DNA of 63,027 nucleotides, counting the filler, from Pelomyxa schiedti (lineage: Eukaryota; Protista; Evosea), in NCBI GenBank assembly GCA_020536535.1. It is 11 parts of 11 records of this genome, joined end to end, with 100 filler letters (N's around TTAATTAATTAA, not from the genome) between each part and the next. Parts side by side here need not be neighbours in the genome. Positions count along the whole stretch, not along the records: positions 22,233 to 38,906 come from JAHLWZ010001140.1; 10 more parts are not named here. One strand, given 5' to 3'. Below, one piece after another: positions 23,911 to 35,928 of this stretch. The notes beneath the pieces are model-generated. The model searched no databases, had not been told where the DNA came from, and saw only the letters and a program-made list of their open reading frames with translations. The first letter of the stretch is position 1, and each line of letters starts with the position of its first letter. Position numbers and translations under genes: made by a program.

Positions 23911-26145
23911 ATGCTCAACGAACAGGCACCAGGGGTAGTGTTGGAACCACGGCAAGTTGAGCGGGTTGTGAGCCACGATATCCGTGCCACGAGTGGCTAC
24001 CGAGCCCGGGTTGTGAGAGACTCACAAGCCATGTGGATGATCGTGTTTCCGAGGGCGGTGCGTTACCTCCCGTTCAAGAAACTTGTCACGATTCTGGTTG
24101 CTGTTGGTGACGCCTTCTTCCCTGTGTGCACTACCCCTTTCCTTTGTATTTTTAAGCCAGGGATTGTGGTAAACTAAAAAAAAAAAAAAAATACCCCGAC
24201 GCTGCAGTTGGTTGTACTGGCATCAAACAGAGTTATGGAGATGCTGAGTGCTTCTGGTGGGCCGTTTGGAACATTGGAAGTATGTGCAACCCTTGGGGCA
24301 TCTGTGATGGCTCGGCACATTATAAAGCACCATTACTTGCAAATTGTCTTCCACCCGCAGACGATGCCACCAGCGTCACATGCTTTGATACTAGCTTGCA
24401 GTTCTGGAAGTCTGACAGTATCCAAGATGATTTGGAATGCCTTTATGAAGCCTTCGACAGACATGGAGCAGAACGAAGCCTGTGTTGATGGCGTCAGAGG
24501 AAGTAATGCCATCCCAACAAGTACATCCCCACCACCAACTCGAAGAAGGGCCCACTTTCCAAACTATGCCGCAGGAGGTGCTTTGCACGGGGCATCTGCA
24601 AAGGGTCATATTAACATCTGCAAGTGGCTGCACACTGTTGCCAAAATTCCATCCATTGATTGGCCTCAGTGTTTTACACAGGCAGCTGAAGCTGGTCACA
24701 TCCATATTGTCCAATGGATAATCGATACCATACCTAAATCTAGGAATCTTAATGTAGACCAAGCTTTCATAGCTGCTTGTAGCAATGGCCGTCTTGAAGT
24801 TGCTACTCTGATAGCTGATGTATTTTCCGGCGTCTTGAATACAGATACCCTTCGGTGTGGGTATGAAAGTTCCTGCCAGAAGAATCACGTTACTGTATCT
24901 GCATGGTTATACAATACCTATAGTGAACGTCTGCCCTCCCCCGTCTCCTACGTACTCTGGATTAAACAAGATACCAGCCTGGAAATGGTCAAGTGGCTTC
25001 TGAGCAAAGTTGACCGGTCACTTGTGGAGAAAACCATTGCACATTCCCTTCAACATCATATTTTCCGATGTGAGCGATTGAGGTGGGTGTTTCAAGAGCA
25101 CAAGAACCTGGCAATAAATGAGTCTGTGCTGCCCTTGATCCTGGAGGACTCTATCAATTGTGGAGATGCTCTAACTGCTGAAGCTATTCTACAAGTACGC
25201 CCAACTCTTAGGGCCAGTTCAAATGAGAAGGTGCATGTATTTCTCCATGCGGCATGTACAAACGGACACCTCGATATGGCCAAGTGGATCGCCAAAACTT
25301 TTACTCCTACAAGAGCTACTGTGCGAAGTCCTGCAAACCTTTTATTCCATACCACGTGTATGAAAGGCCACCTTGAGGTTGCCAAGTGGCTAGCACAGGA
25401 ATTTGCCCTTGATGGCACTGATCTGTTCAGCAATAGCGATTCAACGTTCCTGAAAGTTTGCCACACTGGGAAAACCAGATTTGTAAAGTGGATAGCAACT
25501 CACTTTTCACTTACCGAGAAGGATGCAAGGATGATGAACAACGAGGCACTGCGCTCTGCACTGGGAAATGGACATGTGAAGACAGCACAGTTTCTCGTGG
25601 ACCACTTCTCGCTTACTGAAAGTGATGCAATTGCTGACAAAAATGGTGCCCTTAGGTATTCTGTTCTAAACAAGCAGTACCATTCTGTGCGGTGGCTTAT
25701 AAAGAAATTTCCTGCCGTATTGAATGCTGAGCTGCAGGGTGTTCTGCAAGCCACCGCCTACAGTGGAGATGTAGAAACAGCTTCGTGGGTAATTAAGGAA
25801 ATATTCTCACACAAGCCACCTGCAAAAGCCACAGCACACCTTGCAGTAATGACTGCCCTTCTCAACACTAATTTCTCAGTGGCCAAAGTGCTGTTGGCTG
25901 GTTTCTCTAACTGTTTCCCCCAAAGTACCTACCCCCTTGTACATTCCAAAATCAACATTTCCTCAGATGAATTGCAGAACCTCAACACCTTTATGCTCGG
26001 AGTTCTTTCCAGGTACCCCACCTTTTATAAGTACCCGATATTAATCCTTATTCAGACGGAACACGTGAGCTTATATAACGCACAGTTTGTGGGAACGATG
26101 CTGTATTTTCGGGAAAAGAACTTGGTTTGCTTTCTTTTTCTTTGA
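23911..26145 (+). CDS. Ankyrin-repeat-like protein (about 715 aa, two exons)
   Basis: Repeated A(C/A)xxGHLxxxxW(L/I) units in ORF 24208-26145. Intron 24124-24207 joins the upstream exon from 23911 in frame. Confidence 0.8.
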
Positions 26146-26169
26146 GCTTTAGCAAGTACGCGGAATTCC

Positions 26170-28560
26170 TCATGAGGATGAGGAATGCAGTAATTTCTCC
26201 AGTTGAGCCACTTCCTGAGCATACTTGGGGCCAATATCTACCTTGTAGGAACCCGGCTTTTGCAGTATCACGTAGGGGTAACCAGTCAACAGGCTCAACA
26301 CAATCACGCAACCATCCTCACCACTCGAAATAACCTCATTTGCATAGTTCAGACTGACAAGTCCAGGTTGCCCCAGGAATGTTACATTGCCTGTTGTATT
26401 TGTTGCTGTAGCTGAAGTTTTGGCTGTATTTTGATGGTGGTGTTGTTGTTGTTGTTGTTGTTCTGCAGCAGGAGGCATTTTCACACAAAAGGCAACTTGC
26501 CTCTCTCCCACCAGTCCTGGCGGTGTGAATTGCAACAAATTCGGGGGTGGGACGTCCCCAATCTCCCACTTGAGCGACACCACAGTCCCAGGCACAAACC
26601 CACTGCACAGGCCGCACCCCCCTGTGCCCCCAGGTAGTTATTATGGGCAGGCCGCTGTCGCCCTGGCCCGGCTTGGTGGTGAGTGCGGTGGGCTTCCTGC
26701 AGCACCCCCCGTCGCCGTTCCCGTTGGCGCCGGAGCAGTTCTGGTGCTTGGAATTCTGGCCGTGGCAGCCTGCCCCGCCGCTGCCGAGCTCCCCCGAGGG
26801 GCTGCAGCCTCCCCCTCCTCCTCCGCAGGCTTGCTTCCCGCAGATATGCAGGGCCCCGCACCCTCCGCCGCCTCCCCCGCAGCCCAGGATTGTGGGTGTC
26901 CCCGATGGTGTTGATGGGGTGGTGTTGCATATGGTAGATACGATCGAGGCACCTCCACCACCGCCGGCGCCAAGTGGGCCTTTGCTGTGGAATACATAAG
27001 CTCCATCACCTCCGCCGCCTCTGAATCCTGGATTCCCACAAGTATCTTTCTTGCCCACTCCTTGCATGGTTAATCCGCCCTCTCCTCCTTTTCCACATGT
27101 ACCACCAAACGGGGATGCCGCCGGCATTGTAATCACATCCTCCGCGCTTGTGTTTGACAGTGTTCCGATACGAGATGCATAAGGAGAGCCCCCGGTTCCG
27201 CCACCTCCAACGGTGATGAATAGCTCCGAGTGTCCAGAGATAATTCCTCCAACATAGCCTCCATTCCCACCTTTGGGATATGACTGAGTTGACCCTCCTC
27301 CGGCAGCTCCCCATACACACAATGCGGCCGTCACTGCGTTTGGTTTTGTGTGGGTATATTTGATTGCTTCAAGAAACGGGACAAACCTGCTCTGGGTGGC
27401 AGTGTACTTGGCGCAAAAGAGCCCAGCCATGCCCTCCACGTAAATATTGCGTTTTCCTTCCATCTAACCCAGTAGCACAAATCATCTGCAGTAATAGAGA
27501 AATGTGATACAATCCATGCCGCTGCCCGCTTGTTCTTCTTTTGGCAGCACATTCCCAAGGTGTACAAAATAGCTATTCTTTGAAATTGGAAGCGACTCAG
27601 CAGCCACTTCAGTGTTGGGAAATCGTTGCAAGCCCCACCGAGTGGAGGATGATAGTTATACACGGAACCTCCGGTTGTGAGACTGTCTTCAGAGACATCA
27701 AATCGAAGTGATTTGACATCCCAAAAAAGACTTGCTTCCATCACACTTAGGTATTTAACAATTTTTTTGCATATAGCTTGTGAGCCTTAGCTTTGTTGTT
27801 AGTAAATGAATAGGGAGAAAGATGCAAACCGCATGAGCAAGCAGCATAAAGAAGTTGAGTCTGATTTAGTGATGGCGTGTAATCTAAAAGCAATATATCT
27901 AGAAGCAGTTCATTTCTGTTGTGGCAACATTCCAACAACCAGGATTCGGAAGTTCTGTGTGCATTGTAATCTCGGAGTATTCGCATAATTTTCAGAGGAC
28001 AACTGGGATTCCGTGATGCCTGTTCCAGAGCTTTATAATAAAAAGTGTTGTCTCTGCTGAAGTGTTCAGAAAATTGTGAGGCATACTGTCGGACAGTATC
28101 AACTGATGCAACCTACAACAAGTTAGCAAGTGGTTACTCTCCCTTTATCCATACCTTCAAAGAAGTCAGAAGAGTTGTGGTTTGCAAATTGGAAAAAAAT
28201 GCCGTTTCCTGGAGGTATTTATTCCATACCATCTCAAATCCAGTGGGGCATTCCAGTGCAGCAACAGTCTGCAATAGGTCGTCAATACTATGCCAAGAAT
28301 TCTTCCCAAATTGAAGTTCGAATTTGGCGAGGAACCACGAAAATACCAAGGGACTGAATTCTTGTTCACAGGAAATTCCTTGGAGAACAGCCCGGAATCC
28401 GAACTTTAGCAAGGCCTGTTTCCCAAGAGCAAATCGTAATAAGGGAATTGCGTTTATCAGGGTGCATAAAGTTTGCTGTCGCTCTTCCTGTGCGGCGTTT
28501 TCCATCACAAATGGAACGATAAATGTCATAATTCTATGTGCTAGTGATACCATACCAGAG
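26170..28560 (-). CDS. Helical/ankyrin-like region followed by glycine-rich (ALK/LTK-type) domain; probably the C-terminal part of the 30185 gene
   Basis: VWGAAGGG...GGNGGYV...LFITVGGGG and several GGGGG tracts in ORF 26336-27463. Upstream helical exons are linked by GT-AG introns (one with CTAAC near 28100). The 3' frame is uncertain. Confidence 0.6.
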
Positions 28561-30185
28561 AGTTGAATTTCTCGAGGAGATCCTCCAGAACCAGTACTTG
28601 GGGGCAAAGGCACTGGTGAACTTTTTAGTTTCCATTTGTTTGAATAGGATAAATCAACTGGAGGCTCAGAGAAGGCGGAGCCTGCTAGTGGTGTACCAAA
28701 AATTTCAATTGACGGGAGAGATACAGATCCCTGGCTAGAGCACTCAAAAAGGAACTCTTTTGCAATGCAAGTGTTAGTATACTTCAGGCAGTATTCATAT
28801 GAGCTGGCAAAGCCAAATCCCGTTGTGAGATACTGCCATAAGTTATCTCCAACTTTTACACTCAGAGTGCACAGAGATCCACGGAATTGGCATGAAACTG
28901 AGTTTATCAATGCTAGACTTTCTAGTTGGATAGTAGTGCGGTTCGACGTGGTTTTATGGGAAAAATGGATAAAAGAACCCTCCCCGTCTACTTTTACAGC
29001 AGTGAACTCTGTTCCGTATAGCTGCGCACCTCCAATAGAGCATTGATTGAAAGTGGCATCGTTGAATTCGGAACAACTCAGGTTTGCTCCACCAAAGTCG
29101 ACTGACGAGAAAGTGTTTGTAGTGAACTGAGCCCTAGATGCATCTGCGCCCCTGAAGTCGGAGCTGACCAAGCTATTATGACGAAATGTTGAACCTGACA
29201 GCTTTGCATTTTGGAGAGAGACACCTACAAGTGAACAGTCGCTGAATGTGGAACCCTCAATATCACAACCGGCAAGGTAAATTGAGGAGTCCTTGGCGTC
29301 ACTGCTGCTGAATTTCACTGTTTCAAACAGGGCTTGTTCAAAGTGACAGCCAGTCATCCTCAGGGATCCCTCAAATGAAGTCTCTGAGAAAGTGCAGTCT
29401 TTTTTGAAAGTACAATTGACAAACTGGCAGTCAACAAGCTGTGATCTCTTGAAACTGCATGCAATGAAGCTAATTTCTTTGAACACAACAGATTCCAGCC
29501 TTGCGGACTCGAAATTTGCTTTGTCAAGCTCCACATGCGATCCGGCGCCGCTTAAAACGACATGGCTCATTCTGCACATTACAAACACACTCCCAGACAA
29601 TGCAGCACCCTCCATCAGAGTACCCTTAACCCGGCTCGCCCTGAAATCGCAATTCCTCATATCTGCCCACTGCAAGTCCGCACCCTTACCAATCTTTGAG
29701 CGCACAAACTTTGCACCCTGTAGGTCACAGTAAGCCAAGCTGCAACCCCCGTCACCACTCAAATCAGCCCCAGAAAAATCAGCACCCAGCATTCTACTCC
29801 CCTCAAACGAACACCCACATGACAACTTGCACCACCTGAAACTGCACCCGCACAGGTCTCTGCCTTCCAACATCATTCCCGTCAAGGTAACCCTTGGTTC
29901 CATTTTCACTCTCCACTCAATTCTGTTATTGCCGATTTCACCACCACCACCAGATTCACTGCTGCACACAGACGGAGGAGCCGCCCGTTTCGCGGCAAAG
30001 TCGAAACCGGACAAGTTCTGTGCACCCAGGAAACACGGAGGGGAACGGCTGATGGCCTCCTCCAAGCGATCCACCTTGGCCTGCAGTGCCTCGTGGCACC
30101 TTGTTTTCTCTGAAAGTGCTTGCTCAACTGCAACCAGCCGCGCTGTCAGTTGCTCGACGGTTCGGCTCAGGTTCTCCTGGCTCAT
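28560..30185 (-). CDS. Coiled-coil + pentapeptide-repeat protein with downstream beta-sandwich-like segment; reads in frame into the next unit
   Basis: ORF 28134-30185: MSQENLSRTVEQLTARLVAVEQAL coiled coil, repeats such as ADFSGADLSG and ANFESARLES, then YEYCLKY...LPSIEIFG. Confidence 0.8.
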
Positions 30186-30333
30186 TTCGGTTCGTTTGGG
30201 TTTGATTACTTTACGGTAAAGACCGTTATGATACAGATGTAAGTGTGGGACTATGATGATCTGGCCTTGGTGATGAGAAGAATTTACTCCTCCTCCACGT
30301 CACGTGGGGGGAGGCAAAACTGCACACAGGGTG

Positions 30334-33196
30334 CTACGATGCGTTGTGTTGTTGTGGTTGTGGTTGTTGCTGCGACCGAGCCTTGCTGCCGGTCCAGTCT
30401 ATTGACTGCCAGTCCACAGTGGCGGCCGAGGTGTTGGTGTTGTGCCTGGTGGGCTGTTGTGGGGTGGATGGTATGGCGTTGGTGGATGACGTGAGCCCTG
30501 TGGCGTTGTTGCTCATTGCTGACCACACGATGACATGTGGGTTTGATGGCGTGGTTGTTGATGTGTTGGCGGACGCTGAGTGCGGGGTGTATGGTACAGG
30601 AGATATTGCAAGAGGTGAAGGCCGGGTGGGGTTTGGTGATGTTACTGATAAAGAAGGGAGCATGGTGGGAGAGGATGACGGGGTGGTGACAGGGGATGAT
30701 GAAGGTGTGGAATCCGGTGGCGTTGTGTTGCTGATGGAATGCGATAATGTCGGTAATGAACTAGATAGTGGTTGCGGCGGTAAAGTGGTTGGGGGCGGCC
30801 CTAGGGGCAACGGCGAACTAGCATACATAACTGGAGGAGAAAGGTCTAGGTTCACAATGGTGAGGGTGGTTGACTGCGCGGGTGGGGAACTGGACAGTGT
30901 ACTTCTCCCCACATCTGCTGAATAACTTTCAGAGTCAGAATCAGTTTCGGTCTGCGCAGCATGTAACTGGAAATTGGTGAGTAGAAAACTACTTTGGAGC
31001 AAACAACTTGTTGTGCCTGGGTAACTGCTATTTCAAGCGCCCCTCCCCAGGAACGTAGATCTTCCGGAGTGTCAGCATGCAAATGTAATGTGTACTTCTT
31101 TCCTCTTGACACAAAAAGGTTATTGACTGAAAGATATAAACTTTGGGCACATTAAGGAAAACTGAAAGTAATCTGAACTCTTCTGGAATGAGACATTCTC
31201 TAGTTTAATGGATCTAATAGGATCACTTTCCTATAGCAAAGTTGTTTTAGAAGACTATCGTGACAGTGCACAGGAAATAAAAATGCCTTTGGAGATGTAA
31301 AAATACACAGAGTTCGGCTTGTTAATGAAAACCACCGCTTTCGGTGTTTGTGGTCTGTAAGCCAACCAGTTTGATGAATAGCTCGGCCCTACGGGAAGTT
31401 AGAGGAAATATAGTTCTCATTTATGCCTGTAGTCTAGCAGCATATATTTGATCTTGGATATGGCTTTAACAACGTAAGAAATTTAACTCACAACTTACCA
31501 GCACTATTATCGCCAAACCAACAAACACCTGGATTATAAGTCACAACAGCTTGGAGTACTTTTTCCAATAAGCGATCATGTTCATTTTCATCCTACGAAA
31601 CCAATCAGAGAAATCACGACAATTCCAGATACCAGTATAAAATCAGAAGATGCCTGCGGGTCGATCAGAGAAACATCCACGTCTTCAAAGCGGAGTTTGA
31701 TAGCGAAAGAATCTTGGAAGCTACTTAAACATAAGACATCATCAAATGCAAATATTCTGAAGAACCGTTTATCTCTCCAAGCAACATCTATATCGGGTTT
31801 TTTCATGCAAACAATCTTAGAAGTCAAGAAGCCTGTGTGTAGATTGAACCTACAAACAGGCTCCAGCCTACAAAGTGTGAATGGAGCTCTTTGCTGTGTT
31901 AAAACAACCTGCCCAGCATGGAGGCATGACCAATGGTCACCAGCACATCACCCCAAACTATACAGCCCATTGGAAATGTTACTGTATTTCCAGATTCGAA
32001 GAATCTATTTGTATGTTAGTTGTCATTCAAATGGATGAAAAGCTTACGTTGTTCCTAGTGATGTAAAGACACACTTAGAACTTTTTCTCCGTACTGCAAA
32101 GACGGAAATCACAGGCGTGATCCCACTTTTTACAAAGAGTGTACTTTGGGAAATCTTATCTAACAGTTAGTTGTTTGGGAAATCTAAAAACAACAACAAA
32201 AAAAAAAAACCTGTGGCATGCACACAATGGTCAACTCCCTTAATTTCAACGGAGTTATTCGCGGTAACACACCTCCATACAGAACCGATGTGAGGTATCT
32301 CACATATCTCTTTTGACTTGGCCCTGAAATTCCATCTGGGGTGTCGAACCTCATTTTGGAGAAGTATGTCATAGCATCCTCTGCTTTTTGAAAGAGGCCT
32401 AAATTGTCTGGTTTATTACAGTGTTCAAAAATAAAATAAAATATGATATGATATGCATAAAATAAAAAAAAACCTGATAGCAGTAGGAATCCCGAGATAA
32501 CTGTTCCTGTTCTTCCCCTTCCTGCCTGTAGAAGTAATGAGCGTCCAAAATTCGATGAGTGCAATACAGACCTGACAATGCACAACAACCACATTCAATG
32601 GGTCGGATAGCAGCCATATCCCCATGTGGCAAATTGTGTGCAAATAGAGTGTGAAGGGAGGGGCGTGGTGATCCGGAAAGCTGCACCACGTTTCTACCTA
32701 TTTGAGAGTGTTTCTGGAAAGAAGAAGTGGTAGAGGGGGTCACGAACGTTGTGCTGGAATTTGGTTGCGTCATAAAGTCTCCCAGAGAGGTTGTATATGA
32801 GATAGTGCTTTGGGTGTCGGGCATTCAACATCGCGGCTACATCATCAATACAATTTCTATACGTGCTTTCCATTCCTTAACGCACTAGTGTTGGCAAAAG
32901 AAACCAAAGGGCCAAGTGTCATGATAATAGGTGATTCCATGCACACCATCAGCGGGGTACGACATGGCGATAATCCTTTCGGTGATATAGCTCAGATCTA
33001 AGTTTACGACACCGTCATTGAACCTACCCCGGGAATTTTCAATTGAGCATTGGCCAATGTTGGACTGGACGAAGAAGGGGAAAAAAAAAAAAAAAAAAAA
33101 AACAAGAAAAGAGCGTCGATTCGGAGCTCAAGGCACTTTGTACCTTCGTTTGTTGTCCGCAAAACGAACCCTCAGAGGAACGTACAACGCATCCAT
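30334..33196 (-). CDS. PTEN-family phosphatase + C2 + PH domain + Pro/Ser/Thr-rich tail, multi-exon
   Basis: Spliced translation gives NKRRFNDGVVNLDLSYITERIIAMSYP, YRNCIDDV, HYLIYNL, FPDHHAPP, VVVHCQAGRGRTG, PSQKRYVRY; C2-like WGDVLVTIGH; PH-like QTGWLTDHKHRKRWFSL...LHADTPEDLRSW. Confidence 0.88.
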
Positions 33197-33406
33197 ACGC
33201 CCACAACGAAACCTCTACAACCGCCTGATGATCTCAATGCTTTTCTCCAAAAATGATCATGGCACCGCTCGGGAACCATGGGAGCGAGTTCTCCTGAACA
33301 GTGCGTGGATCAAACTGAAGAACAGTACTATCGCCATCCAGCAGGTTCGGAAGCGGAAGCTTAGTGTGTGATTCATCTCCATCACAAAGTAGCAGGAATC
33401 AGCCGA

Positions 33407-34197
33407 ATGCTTCGTCTGTTGCTTTGGGCTTGTTGTTGTATCGTTGTTGGCAGGAGCTATGGCGACAATGATTGTGACTCTGTTGAACCTGGTGTCTTGA
33501 GTGGTGCCGACGAGACAGGGATGTGGAAGTACAACCTTTCGGAGACGGTGAATGAAACTACAAAACCTTTAACTTCTGGTGGTACGTTTTCATTGCTACT
33601 ACTTTTGGTCATCTGGTGTATTAACGATGATGCTCTCTTTGTACAGATCCAATTGACGGGGTTATAGAAGTACCGGAAGAGGAAAAAGACATTTGTTCCC
33701 TTAAGCAGACTATCTCTTATGTGGTTTTCGAGGATTCAGGTTAGCATTTTTTCTTTTTTTTTGTATTCACAATAGATAGAATTTGATGATATACAGTTTA
33801 ATACGGACTCCTTTGTGATGTTATTTCTGCGTGTATTCTACAGGGAAACCGACGCCATTCATGTGAAGGCGGGAATGATTTCCTTTCCACTGCATTGGGC
33901 ACTTGACACTTGGCACTCTGTGGAGAATTTTTGGGGACAGAGCTTGACCCTAGTTGATGGCTTGATACTCGGTTTTGTTGGCCCTGTCTGGTTGTGGTAT
34001 TGTGTCGAGGCCCTGTTGTATATGTTGGGAAAAATCACAGGGCACTCTTTCCAATATCTTTTCTTTCCAACACATTCTTCACACATATTCATCCAATCCT
34101 CAAACATCCCATCTTCATTCCTGCAACAAAATTGGCCACCATTACAGGCCCCAGCGATGATCTAAAACCCAGAGGGTATTCTAAGCACCCCAAATGA
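33407..34197 (+). CDS. Hypothetical secreted/membrane protein, multi-exon
   Basis: Signal-peptide-like MLRLLLWACCCIVVGRSYG and a later hydrophobic segment GLILGFVGPVWLWYCVEALLYML; GT-AG introns. Confidence 0.5.
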
Positions 34198-34409
34198 TTG
34201 CATTGACTCAGGATCCATACGCACCTAGCTGCAGATCAAACCACACAAATACAACCAGAGTAAGAGGAATTAGCACAACGCCCTGTTGCAAGTGGGCGCT
34301 AGTTCAATAGGCCTATTGCCAGAGGCAAGTGGCATACTGAAAGAGCGCCCGCCGACAACCAGGAGTGCTCAGAATACCCTTTGACATCTTCTGTTTGTCT
34401 AATTAGGCA

Positions 34410-34856
34410 ATGTGCTCGTCGGTTTTATACTACACAGCCCTGTCGCACAACCGCGGCTCGGAGGACGTGCCTGCTCCCGTGCGCGTTCGCCACAAGCACG
34501 CTTCAGCCAGGCCCCTTGCCGAGGCCGCCGCCTCGTGGATTGTTTCGCAGGGCGTGTCTCCGTCCTTGGTCTTTGTGGTGTTCAGCCCCATAATCCCCTC
34601 TGGTTGCGGCGATGCGACGCCGGCGGACGCTGCCGCCACTGCCACTGCCACGACGTGTGGCAATGAAGGCATTATGGGTGCGGGAGGAGGAGCGGCGGCC
34701 GCTGTGGACGTGTCTATTTATGGGAGGCCGTGGATCACAACACATAGGCTGAAATGTGACCCAATTGAGTTATTGGTTCTCAAGAGTGGTGTTCCTCAAT
34801 GTTCGGATGTGGAGAACCGTGAATGGTGGTATTGGCAGCACGACGTATGTATGTAA
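34410..34856 (+). CDS. Hypothetical protein exon (may be the 5' part of a longer spliced gene)
   Basis: 148-aa GC-rich ORF ending at a GTATGT/GTAAG donor; no family recognised. Confidence 0.35.
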   Translation: MCSSVLYYTALSHNRGSEDVPAPVRVRHKHASARPLAEAAASWIVSQGVSPSLVFVVFSPIIPSGCGDATPADAAATATATTCGNEGIMGAGGGAAAAVDVSIYGRPWITTHRLKCDPIELLVLKSGVPQCSDVENREWWYWQHDVCM

Positions 34857-35189
34857 GGTTCTCCGTACCTTTTTTTTTTGGAAGTATTCTACTCGCTTCC
34901 TGGAATTTATTACCTGAGATACAGACGGGTGGGTACCTTTCGAGAGCTATGTGAACGCAGATATAACTAAAACTTACGGGCGATACTTCTGCTATTCCCG
35001 CACAGTATTCAACATAATTGCACCTTTTAAGGGTTATGCAATCGACTTGTCCATTATGTCTCTTGTGAATACCCAGGCAATTCACATTAAGAGCAGGCCT
35101 GTGAGGCTTGTGATTTCTGGGGTAGTGCTATCGCCTTAATCGATATTTACAGGCGTTATCGTCGAGACACATTACTTTGCGTACCCCGA

Positions 35190-35858
35190 ATGAAGTGTCA
35201 ATATGGACTTCCTCCTATTGACAACATCCAAGCTGAATCACGGAAAATTCATTCGGTTTGTCAGGTTACCCTCCTATCACTACCAGATGAGTTGCTGGTT
35301 CATATTCTCACCTGTGCACTTCAGTTCTGTATATGCCAGTGCCACAAGAATCAGGTTAGGAGTAAATCTTGAATTAAAATCTAAAACATGGTAATGTAGA
35401 TTTTTGCAGATGGGATTGTGCACACACTTTGTGTCGTATCACTTGTGTCCAAGAGATTCAATACCCCATTGTACGCCTTTGGCCGTCTCACAATTCCCAA
35501 TGAAGCAGCCAGAAGGATATGCGCTTGTCTTGGTTCGCTCACTTTACACTTTCCTTCTTGGAAAGAGCAGTTGCTACTCTGTGACCCAAAAGTAAAAAGT
35601 AAGTCCCCCAATAGGCAAGGTAACATTCAATTTTCCAACCAAAATACTACAGAACGGCAGGAGGACCAGAAGTTGGAGCTCCACAAAGTGGCATTTTGGA
35701 GAACCACTCAGTACTGGTCTATGGACACTCTACCCCTCTATAGTCTTCATTTTCGTAACTGGGCCAAAGCAGCAATCCTTGCAAGGTGGGGTAAGATTGA
35801 CCAGTCGCTCCAAGAATTTAAGCACTCTACGGCTGCAACAACATACATAGGGTATTAA
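35190..35858 (+). CDS. F-box domain protein
   Basis: TLLSLPDELLVHIL...VSLVSKRF across an intron. Confidence 0.65.
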
Positions 35859-35928
35859 ACCTGGTAGGCTAAGACATGGAAAAAGATTTCTATTGGTACA
35901 ATATTTGTATTCTGTAGTGTAGGATTTC

